Part shown: positions 1 through 7,169 of the stretch, piece after piece
How the letters are laid out: the number at the start of each line of letters is the position of its first letter
How positions within the stretch are numbered: the stretch's first letter is position 1
NCBI GenBank assembly: GCA_009924965.1
Contig: RFQN01000001.1
Span: 1 to 26,905 of the forward strand
Direction of reading: 5' to 3'
DNA: 26,905 nucleotides
Source of the DNA: Verrucomicrobiota bacterium
GTDB taxonomy: Bacteria; Verrucomicrobiota; Verrucomicrobiia; Opitutales; UBA953
Notes under the pieces: model-generated
What the model saw: the letters and a program-made list of their open reading frames with translations, nothing else
Told to the model about the DNA's origin: nothing
The model's database searches: none
Translations under genes and position numbers: made by a program

Positions 1-653
1 CCGTTGGCCTTCATCTCCGCCGTCATCAGGTTGATCATCGTGTCCGTGCCGCCCTGGAAGATGAACACGCCCTTCGACATGAAGTTCGAGAAGACGATGC
101 CGAAGGTGATCGCCGGGTCGTCGAGGGTGGAGCCGTTGGCGTAGGCGATGGGCTCGAGCAGGAGCCGCTGGATGTCGGGGCGGCCCGGGAAGAACTGCTC
201 GAACAGCTCGCGCGTCGTCCGCGGGTCGTTGTCGTAGTAGTTCATCGCGCGCAGGTGCGCGAAGAACGCCTCCACGGTCTCGGCCGGGATGCGGAACTGC
301 TCGATCATGATCCGCGTGAAGTCCGTGCGGTCGAAGGTCGTGCGCACGTCGAAGTCGGGGTTGATGAACCGGACGTCGTGCAGCTGATGGATGCGGTCGG
401 AGATCTCCTTCGTCCAGTAACGTCGGGTCGACTTGATCATCCCATGGGGGAAGCCGTGCAGGGAGATGTCGAAGACGTGGCCGCCGGCGCGCTTGAAGAA
501 CGTCGCCAAGCCACCGAGCTGGTAGTGGTGCTCGAGCAGGAGGACCTTACGGCCGAACTTCGCGAGGTTGTTCGCGGCCGTCATCCCGCCCAGACCGGCG
601 CCGATGACGACGGCGTCGTAGCGAGGGAGCAGGTTTTCAAAAGGCGAGGGCAT
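1..653 (-). CDS. Phytoene desaturase-family NAD(P)/FAD-dependent oxidoreductase, N-terminal part (runs off the left edge)
   Basis: Not in the ORF track. Manual translation from ATG at 653: [69 protein letters not shown]...[10 protein letters not shown]. It has a Rossmann GAGLGG, the downstream ExxxxxGG motif and GHVFD, typical of CrtI/COG1233-like enzymes. Open to the window edge. Confidence 0.8.
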   Translation of the reverse strand, partial: MPSPFENLLPRYDAVVIGAGLGGMTAANNLAKFGRKVLLLEHHYQLGGLATFFKRAGGHVFDISLHGFPHGMIKSTRRYWTKEISDRIHQLHDVRFINPDFDVRTTFDRTDFTRIMIEQFRIPAETVEAFFAHLRAMNYYDNDPRTTRELFEQFFPGRPDIQRLLLEPIAYANGSTLDDPAITFGIVFSNFMSKGVFIFQGGTDTMINLMTAEMKAN

Positions 654-718
654 CGGAAAGGGACAAGAAGAAGGAAGTCAGGCGGAAGGCAAAGCCGAAA
701 CCCACCTGGCGGACGGCC

Positions 719-1507
719 TTACCGCGTCCGCAGGCTCCAACCGGCGCGCGTCTTGCCCAGCACGACGGGGCGACCGAACAACCGGGCCAACTGCGGGCGG
801 CGCAGCACCTCGGCGACGGGCCCGGCCGCCTGCTTGGCGCCGTTACGCAGCAGGAGCGCGTGCGTGAAGACCGGGACGATCTCCTCCACATGGTGCGTGA
901 CGAGCACGATGGACGTCCCCGCCGCCACCTGCGGGAGCCGTTGCAGCAAGGCCAGGAAATCCGCGCGCGCGGCCGGATCGAGGCCGGCGCAAGGCTCATC
1001 CAAGATGAGCAACGCCGGCCGGCCGATCAACGCGCGGGCGATGAGCACGCGTTGCCGTTCGCCCTGCGAGAGGTGCCCGTAGGGACGCGACGCCAACGCG
1101 CCGACCTTGAGCTGACGGAGCATCCGGCGGGCCCGCGCCAGCACGGCGGCGGACGGACGGCGCCAGAGGTTGATGACCCCATCGACGCCGCCGGCGACGA
1201 CATGCAAGGCGGGCTCCGCGGGCCGGACCATGGCGGCAATCGAGGGGCCGGCCAAACCGATGCGTCGGCGCAGCTCACGCCAATCGCTGCGGCCAAACGT
1301 CTCGCCGAGCACGGAGACGCGGCCGGCGGTCGGCGCGAAATAGCCCGTCAAGGCGGCCAACAACGAAGACTTCCCCGAACCGTTCGGCCCGAGCAGCACC
1401 CAATGCTCACCGGCCCGCACGGTCCAATCGACGCCCTTGAGGATGACCTTGCCTTCGCGGGCGATGCGCAGGCGGGCGACCTCGAGGACGGGCGGGAGCG
1501 GCTTCAT
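719..1507 (-). CDS. ABC transporter ATP-binding protein (YlmA/ModF-like)
   Basis: Walker A GPNGSGKS, signature LSQGE, Walker B LLILDEP, H-loop VTHH. No cognate permease in the window. Confidence 0.85.
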   Translation of the reverse strand: MKPLPPVLEVARLRIAREGKVILKGVDWTVRAGEHWVLLGPNGSGKSSLLAALTGYFAPTAGRVSVLGETFGRSDWRELRRRIGLAGPSIAAMVRPAEPALHVVAGGVDGVINLWRRPSAAVLARARRMLRQLKVGALASRPYGHLSQGERQRVLIARALIGRPALLILDEPCAGLDPAARADFLALLQRLPQVAAGTSIVLVTHHVEEIVPVFTHALLLRNGAKQAAGPVAEVLRRPQLARLFGRPVVLGKTRAGWSLRTR

Positions 1508-1570
1508 GGGCTCGCTTCATTAGGGAGACCTCGGCCTGGCTTCCAAGTCGCAAAGCATGCATGCCCATCC

Positions 1571-1600
1571 TTGCCCTCCGACCTGCGGTCTGCTTATCTT
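1571..1600 (+). promoter_or_regulatory. Putative sigma70 promoter, possibly giving a leaderless transcript
   Basis: TTGCCC (1571-1576), N18, TATCTT (1595-1600), then 6 nt, then ATG at 1607. Confidence 0.35.
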
Positions 1601-1606
1601 TAATAG

Positions 1607-2281
1607 ATGCGCTGGGCGACCCCACTCCTCCTTGGCCTCTGCCTCGCCCTGGGCGCGGCGGAAAAGGCCGCCCCGACGCCCGTCTCCAGCGACGACCTCG
1701 CGGAGCTCGAGCAACTGCGGCAGAAGATGGCGACGGACAGCGCAGTCCCGGTCGCCCCCGCGAAGCCGACGGCGACGAAGGGCGGGATGAGCCCCGAAGA
1801 CCAGGCGGAACTGGATGCGCTGCGCACCCGCATCAAGACCGAGCACGCGGAATCCTCGACCGACAAGCCCATCTTGGTCCAGGTCATCCGCACGGAAGTG
1901 GACGGCCTCGAGCTCGTGCTCGTGCTGGACGTCGCCATTCCAACGCCCGTCGTAATCCAAGGCAGCGGCCACACCTTAGGGCAGAAGTTCAGCGTCTCCG
2001 GCACCTTCAATGGGGCGGCCAAGTTCGAAGGCGCCTACTACTCCTTGCTCAAGACCAGCGAGCCGGTGGTGAACGCCGTCGCCCCGAAAGCGGCCCCCAA
2101 ACCGGAGGTCGGCCTCCGACCCGTGCTTGGCGCGACCGACGGGGAGGTCGACGAAAGCTTCGGCGGCTTCCAGCTCAGCAACATCCTCTTCGCCGGCTTC
2201 GCGGCCATCTCGCTCGCCATCGTCGCCCTCAAGGTCAAAGCCAAGTTCGCCGCCATGAAGGGCAAGCGGCAACGCCGCTGA
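1607..2281 (+). CDS. Hypothetical exported protein with C-terminal membrane anchor
   Basis: Signal-peptide-like MRWATPLLLGLCLALGAAE, C-terminal hydrophobic ILFAGFAAISLAIVAL followed by a basic tail. Coding-like GC3 bias. Confidence 0.75.
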   Translation: MRWATPLLLGLCLALGAAEKAAPTPVSSDDLAELEQLRQKMATDSAVPVAPAKPTATKGGMSPEDQAELDALRTRIKTEHAESSTDKPILVQVIRTEVDGLELVLVLDVAIPTPVVIQGSGHTLGQKFSVSGTFNGAAKFEGAYYSLLKTSEPVVNAVAPKAAPKPEVGLRPVLGATDGEVDESFGGFQLSNILFAGFAAISLAIVALKVKAKFAAMKGKRQRR

Positions 2282-2294
2282 TCCATTCATCCTT

Positions 2295-3158
2295 ATGCAG
2301 CCTGCCGTCCTCCTCGCGTTCCTCGCCCTCGCCGGCGCCCCGCTGGCCTTGACCGCCGCCACCAACGCCGAAAAGGCCAAGGCCACCGCGAGCGCCGTGG
2401 CCGCGGGAGGCGGGACGGCCAGCACCGCGACCGCCGGCGCCAAACTCGCCCCCGGGAAGACCGAGGCCGTGGCCAAAGGCGGCGACGACACCCCGACGCC
2501 GCTGACCGAAGCGCTGAAGGACGGCACCGAGACGCGCATCACCTGCGCCTTCAAAGGCACCGGCAAGCTCGCGGCGATGTCGGGCACCTACCATTACAAG
2601 CTCTGGGTGCCGGAAGGCTACTCGGCGGACCCAAAGAAGACCTGGAAGACCATCTTCATCGCCGACCCCAGCGGCAAGGCCAAGCTCGGCGCCATGGGCG
2701 ACTGGATCAAGGCCCACGGCTACATCGCCGTCATGCTCGAGGAGTCCAAGAACGGCCCGTGGGAGCCGACCATCGGCAACTTCCTGTCGGCGCACGAGGA
2801 CGTCGTGAAACGCATGCGCGTCGCCGACGGCAAGAAGGTCGCCACCGGCTTTTCCGGCGGCGCCCGCGCGAGCTCGCTCTTCGTGACGCTCGTCCCGGGG
2901 TTCGGCGGACTAATCTTCCAAGGCGCCGGCTGCAGCGACGTCAACCCCGACGGTTCCTACGTCATCAAGGACATCAAGGTGAAGGCCGTGGCCGGCACCT
3001 TCGGCAAGAGCGACATGAACTACAAGGAAGCCGCGAAACTGAAGAAGTCGTTCGGCACCCGCATCGACGTCTTCGAGTTCGAAGGCGGCCACCAGTGGGC
3101 GCCGAAGGAAGTCGTCGAACAGGCCCTGAACGCGGTGGACGGCAAGCTGCCGAAGTAA
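2295..3158 (+). CDS. Secreted alpha/beta hydrolase (esterase-like)
   Basis: Signal peptide, nucleophile elbow TGFSGGAR, candidate Asp (GKSD) and His (EGGHQW). Confidence 0.7.
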   Translation: MQPAVLLAFLALAGAPLALTAATNAEKAKATASAVAAGGGTASTATAGAKLAPGKTEAVAKGGDDTPTPLTEALKDGTETRITCAFKGTGKLAAMSGTYHYKLWVPEGYSADPKKTWKTIFIADPSGKAKLGAMGDWIKAHGYIAVMLEESKNGPWEPTIGNFLSAHEDVVKRMRVADGKKVATGFSGGARASSLFVTLVPGFGGLIFQGAGCSDVNPDGSYVIKDIKVKAVAGTFGKSDMNYKEAAKLKKSFGTRIDVFEFEGGHQWAPKEVVEQALNAVDGKLPK

Positions 3159-3209
3159 GCGGAGAAAGTTTGCAGGGAACGCCCGAGGGGGCTTGGGTGT
3201 CCCATCCCC

Positions 3210-4253
3210 ATGAAGTCCCTGCTGCCCCTCCTCCTCGCCCTGACCAGCTTCGCGGCCCCGGCGCCGGCGCTCAAGTTCGCCGACCCCAAGCCCCAAGCCT
3301 ACAGCTTGACCCTCCGCGCGAGCGAGATCGACCCGCGCTGCAAGTCGCACCCGGAAGTCGGCTTCGTGCTCGAAGCCGCCGGCAAGCCCGCCGACACCGA
3401 ACACGCGAACGTCGACACGCGCGTCGCGCCGCGCGGCCAACTGGTGATCTGGCTCATGGGCCACAGCCAGCCGCTGGCCGACAAGGTCAATAGCTACGGC
3501 CTGCACTACATCCAGGTCGCCTACGCCCGCGAATGGTTCAGCAAGCTGAACACCGAGCCGCTCGATGACTCGCAGCACCTCGGCAACATCCGCCTCGAGG
3601 CCCTGACCGGCGTCGACGCCTCCAAGGACATCGACATCCCCGTGCCCGATAGCATGAAGGAACGCGCCTACCAACTCGTGAAGGCGCTGACGAAATCCAA
3701 CCCGCAGGGTCACTGGGATTTCTTCCTCACCAAGGACGGCAAGGCGCTCGACTGGGAGAAGGTCATCGTCTCCGGCGCCTCGCACGGCGCGACTTCGTCG
3801 GCCCGCTTCGGCATCGCCCAGAAGTGCGCGCGCATCGTCATGTTCTGCGGCCCGCGCGACCAGCTCGACGACTGGCAAGCCCTGCCGTCGGCAACGCCGT
3901 CCAACCGTTTCTTCGGCTACAGCCACGTGCTCGACGGCGGCTGGAGCGGCGACCACTACCCGCGCTCCTGGCTCCTCATGGGCCTGAACAAGTTCGGCCC
4001 GATCGTGAACACCGACGAGGCGAAGTATCCCTTCGGCAACTCGCGCCGCCTGATCACCAAGTACGACGTCAAAGGCGACGCCAACAAAGCCCACGGCTTC
4101 GTCCAGGTCGGCAAGAACCCGCCCAAGGACGCCAAGGGCGTGCCGCTCCAGGAAGACGTCTGGCGCTACCTCTTCACGTCCCCCGTCGACGAAGTCGGCA
4201 AGCCGGTCCCGGCTGAGCCCGAGACCCGCATGAACCTGCGTAAGCAGAAGTAA
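3210..4253 (+). CDS. Secreted alpha/beta hydrolase-fold protein, BPSS1187-like family
   Basis: Signal peptide MKSLLPLLLALTSFAA; SGASHGATSSARF elbow; MFCGPRDQ, SATPSNRFFGYSH and AHG motifs that I recall from this family in PVC bacteria (not verified by search). Confidence 0.62.
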   Translation: MKSLLPLLLALTSFAAPAPALKFADPKPQAYSLTLRASEIDPRCKSHPEVGFVLEAAGKPADTEHANVDTRVAPRGQLVIWLMGHSQPLADKVNSYGLHYIQVAYAREWFSKLNTEPLDDSQHLGNIRLEALTGVDASKDIDIPVPDSMKERAYQLVKALTKSNPQGHWDFFLTKDGKALDWEKVIVSGASHGATSSARFGIAQKCARIVMFCGPRDQLDDWQALPSATPSNRFFGYSHVLDGGWSGDHYPRSWLLMGLNKFGPIVNTDEAKYPFGNSRRLITKYDVKGDANKAHGFVQVGKNPPKDAKGVPLQEDVWRYLFTSPVDEVGKPVPAEPETRMNLRKQK

Positions 4254-4290
4254 GCCCGTTTCCGAGGCTTGCCCTCGGGCGGCTTTCTCC
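4252..4290 (+). terminator. Weak terminator-like hairpin upstream of trmD
   Basis: CCGAGG (4262-4267) pairs with CCTCGG (4273-4278), outer AAGCC/GGCTT, then a short TTTCTCC tail. Confidence 0.35.
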
Positions 4291-4312
4291 CGTTGGATGG
4301 CCAGACATCGCC

Positions 4313-5005
4313 GTGGCCATCCGCATCGACCTCCTCACCCTCTTCCCGGCCATGGCCGACGGCTTCCTCCAGGAGTCCGTCATCGGCCGCGCCATCGAAA
4401 AGGGGACCATCGGGTTCAAGGCCCACGACCTCCGGCAGTATTCCAAGGACAAGCACCGGAAGGTGGACGACATCCCCTATGGGGGTGGCCCGGGTATGTT
4501 GATGACCTGCCAGCCCCTGTTTGACGCCGTCGACGCCCTGGCTACGCCCGACTGTGAGGTCATCTACCTCTGCCCCGACGGGGAGCAGCTGACCAACCCC
4601 CTCGCCCGCGAATTAGCCCAAAAAAGCCACTTAATCCTCGTTTCCGGGCATTATGAAGGCATCGACCAGCGCTTCCGGGACCGCAAGGTGACCCGCGAAA
4701 TCTCGATTGGGGACTATGTTTTGACCAATGGCACCCTCCCCGCCTGCGTCCTCGTGGATTGCATCGGGCGGCAGATCCCTGGGGTCCTCGGCGAGGAAAA
4801 CTCCTTGACTGGGGATAGCTACAACGGCAAGTTGCTCGCCTTTCCGCAGTACACCAGACCCGCTGTTTATGATGGTCTCGAGGTGCCCCCGGTCCTCCTA
4901 GGAGGACACCACGCCGAAATCGAAAAGTGGCGCCGGGCAAAGCAAATCGAGAAGACAAAGCACCGCAGGCCCGACCTACTGGAAGACCAAGAACACCAGC
5001 CATGA
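4313..5005 (+). CDS. trmD: tRNA (guanine37-N1)-methyltransferase
   Basis: [39 protein letters not shown] and PQYTRP motifs. GTG start. Confidence 0.97.
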   Translation: MAIRIDLLTLFPAMADGFLQESVIGRAIEKGTIGFKAHDLRQYSKDKHRKVDDIPYGGGPGMLMTCQPLFDAVDALATPDCEVIYLCPDGEQLTNPLARELAQKSHLILVSGHYEGIDQRFRDRKVTREISIGDYVLTNGTLPACVLVDCIGRQIPGVLGEENSLTGDSYNGKLLAFPQYTRPAVYDGLEVPPVLLGGHHAEIEKWRRAKQIEKTKHRRPDLLEDQEHQP

Positions 5006-5391
5006 GCAACCATCCCCTCCTCCAATACGCCACCCAATCGCAGCTGAAGACCGGCCGCGGCGACGACTCCTTCAAGGTCGGCGACGGCGTCCGCGTCTCC
5101 ACCAAGGTCCGCGAAGGCGACAAAGAGCGCACCCAGGTCTTCTCGGGCATCGTGATTTCCCGCAAGGGCGGCAACGTCCAGGAAACCTTCACCGTCCGCC
5201 GCGTCTCCTTCGGCGAAGGCGTCGAGCGCACCTTCCCGGTCCACTCCCCGAACATCGAGAAGATCGAAGTCGAGCGCGTGTCCCAGGTCATGAAGGCCCG
5301 CCTCTTCTACCTCCGCGACCGCCACGGCAAGTCCGCCACCAAGGTTAAGGAAAAGCGCTACGACCCTTCGGCTGCCGCCGAGGTCAAGTAA
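5002..5391 (+). CDS. rplS: 50S ribosomal protein bL19
   Basis: [57 protein letters not shown] at 5002 overlaps the trmD stop (ATGA); the ORF-track start at 4927 is an extension. Confidence 0.97.
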   Translation: MSNHPLLQYATQSQLKTGRGDDSFKVGDGVRVSTKVREGDKERTQVFSGIVISRKGGNVQETFTVRRVSFGEGVERTFPVHSPNIEKIEVERVSQVMKARLFYLRDRHGKSATKVKEKRYDPSAAAEVK

Positions 5392-5409
5392 GCTCTCCTC
5401 GAGCCGATC

Positions 5410-5434
5410 AAAAGCCCCGCTTGCGGGGCTTTTT
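5410..5434 (+). terminator. Intrinsic terminator (potentially bidirectional) after rplS
   Basis: AAAAGCCCCGC-TT-GCGGGGCTTTTT. Confidence 0.85.
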
Positions 5435-5493
5435 AATACCTAGGTACCAACACCTAGCCCGACAATCGACTGCAATCGGGCAAATCAACCCCC

Positions 5494-5502
5494 TGTGGAT
5501 AA
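5494..5502 (-). promoter_or_regulatory. Perfect DnaA box (TTATCCACA on the minus strand)
   Basis: TGTGGATAA at 5494-5502 in the rplS-rpsP spacer. A second 8/9 match to TTWTNCACA (CTTTCCACA) lies at 5604-5612. Confidence 0.4.
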
Positions 5503-5667
5503 GTCACTTAGCCTGTCTATGGTGATTTTAAGCCGCGCACACCCCCTCAATATTTTTCCGAAATCACCGCCTGCAGGCTTGACTCCCCCCTCCCCGCCTG
5601 CGTCTTTCCACATCCCTCGTTTGGCTCGCCCAGACGTCCGGAATCTCCCTCCCACTTCTCCATCACT

Positions 5668-5934
5668 ATGCTACGCATCCGCCTCCAACGCTTCGGTACC
5701 AAGAACGAGCCGACCTATCGCCTCGTCGTCGCCGAACAGAGCATCCGCCGTGACGGTCGCTTCGTCGAAGTCCTCGGCCACTACAACCCTGCCGCCCGCG
5801 GCAAGGCCACCCCTCTCGTGATCAACGTCGAGCGCGTCGACCATTGGGTCAAGCTCGGCGCCCAGCCGTCCGACACCGCGAAGTCGCTCGTGAAGCGTGC
5901 CCGCGCTGCCGCCGCCGCTGCCCCGAAGGCCTAA
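5668..5934 (+). CDS. rpsP: 30S ribosomal protein bS16
   Basis: MLRIRLQRFG, YRLVVAEQ, RDGRFVEVLGHYNP, WVKLGAQPSDTAKSL. Confidence 0.97.
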   Translation: MLRIRLQRFGTKNEPTYRLVVAEQSIRRDGRFVEVLGHYNPAARGKATPLVINVERVDHWVKLGAQPSDTAKSLVKRARAAAAAAPKA

Positions 5935-5974
5935 GTCCCCTCTACACGGCGGAAACGCCCACCCTGACGACGTC

Positions 5975-6005
5975 ACACCCTGCCCAACGGCAGGGTGTTT
6001 CGTTT
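5975..6005 (+). terminator. Intrinsic terminator after rpsP
   Basis: ACACCCTGCC-CAAC-GGCAGGGTGT followed by TTCGTTT. Confidence 0.7.
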
Positions 6006-6025
6006 GGGGAGTTCAGCGGCCTAGC

Positions 6026-6289
6026 TTAGTTGACCTTGGTCCAGCCACCGTCGCCGTTCTTCTCCAGCTTCTGGAAGCCAGCCTGCGCCAGGCGCTTCTC
6101 GGACACCGCCTGCTTCATGGCGCCTTCGCCGTAACGAATCGTCAGGCTGGGCGTGACGAGCACTCGCCGGCAAGTTTCCCGGGTCACCGGGTGCTGGGTG
6201 AAGTCAGGAGCCTCCGCCGGTAGGTCGACTTCGAATTCGTCGCCTTCCGAGCCGTCGGCCTTGATCACGATGTAACGTCGAATGGGCAT
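6026..6289 (-). CDS. FmdB-like zinc-ribbon family protein, ligand-free variant
   Basis: ATG at 6289, 1 nt after the oppC stop. MPIRRY...FEV...TQHPVT...RRVLVTP follows the FmdB layout (MPxYxY-CxxC-FE...CPxC-RRxxS) without the Cys pairs. Confidence 0.55.
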   Translation of the reverse strand: MPIRRYIVIKADGSEGDEFEVDLPAEAPDFTQHPVTRETCRRVLVTPSLTIRYGEGAMKQAVSEKRLAQAGFQKLEKNGDGGWTKVN

Positions 6290-6290
6290 C

Positions 6291-7169
6291 TTATTTCTTG
6301 GCCGTGCGCGGGTCGAAGGCGTCACGCAGCCCATCTCCGAGGTAGCTGAGCGAGAGCAAGGTCGCGGCGAAGACGACCGAAGGGATGATCAACAGCCAAG
6401 GGCACTGCTCCATGACATCGGAGCCTTCCTTGATCATCATGCCCCACGAGGTCATGGGCGACTTCACCCCTAGGCCCAAGAAGCTGACGAACGCTTCGAG
6501 CAGCATGACGCCCGGGACGGTGAGGGTCGCGTAGACCGCGATGGTGCCGGAGAGGTTCGGCAGGTAATGGCGGAGCACGATGCCAGGACGTGATTGGCCG
6601 AGGGAGACCGCGGCTTCGACGAACTGGCGGTTCTTCAGGGAACGGGTCTTCGTGCAGACGATGCGGGCCATCGTCAGCCAGGAGACGCCCCCCACGGCCA
6701 AGAAGATCATCCAGATGTTCTGGCCGAAGACGACGGTGCAGAGGATGACGATGAGCGTCAGCGGCAAGGTGCTGACGATGTCGACCACGCGCATGGCGAG
6801 GTCCTCGAAGCGGCCGCCGATCTCCGCGGCCACGACGCCGTAGATCACCCCGACGAGCAAGGCGACGGCGGTGGCGATCAAGCCCACCGAGATCGAGATC
6901 ATCCCGCCTTGCAGCAGCCGCGCGAGCAGGTCGCGGCCCAAGAGGTCCGTGCCCAGCCAATGCCCGGCGCCCGGGGCCACCGGGCCGAGCGCGAGGTCCT
7001 GGGCCTTGTAGTCGGGCAACCAGTGCAAGGCCGTGAGCAGCGGCGAGCTGAAGCACAAGGCGGCGATGCCGACGAGGAACCACAGGGCGATGACCGGCGT
7101 GCGGTCCCGCTGGAAGCGCTGCCAACCGGTTTCGGTCGGGGCGGAAACGTTCGCAGGGGCGGCGCTCAT
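6291..7169 (-). CDS. oppC: Oligopeptide/dipeptide ABC transporter permease, OppC/DppC family
   Basis: HWLGTDLLGRDLLARLL, FVEAAVSLG (EAA loop), RHYLPN, EAFVSFLGLG, SWGMMI. Confidence 0.9.
   Translation of the reverse strand: MSAAPANVSAPTETGWQRFQRDRTPVIALWFLVGIAALCFSSPLLTALHWLPDYKAQDLALGPVAPGAGHWLGTDLLGRDLLARLLQGGMISISVGLIATAVALLVGVIYGVVAAEIGGRFEDLAMRVVDIVSTLPLTLIVILCTVVFGQNIWMIFLAVGGVSWLTMARIVCTKTRSLKNRQFVEAAVSLGQSRPGIVLRHYLPNLSGTIAVYATLTVPGVMLLEAFVSFLGLGVKSPMTSWGMMIKEGSDVMEQCPWLLIIPSVVFAATLLSLSYLGDGLRDAFDPRTAKK

Noticed and set aside
3181-4280. GCCCGAGGG / CCCTCGGGC inverted 9-mers flanking the BPSS1187-like gene as possible mobile-element ends
   Set aside because: Short, very GC-rich, no target-site duplication or transposase; compatible with chance.
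4313-5005. m1G37 feedback through CCC/CCT proline codons in trmD (10 of 15 Pro codons)
   Set aside because: CCC is used freely in other genes of this window, so enrichment cannot be claimed without genome-wide counts.
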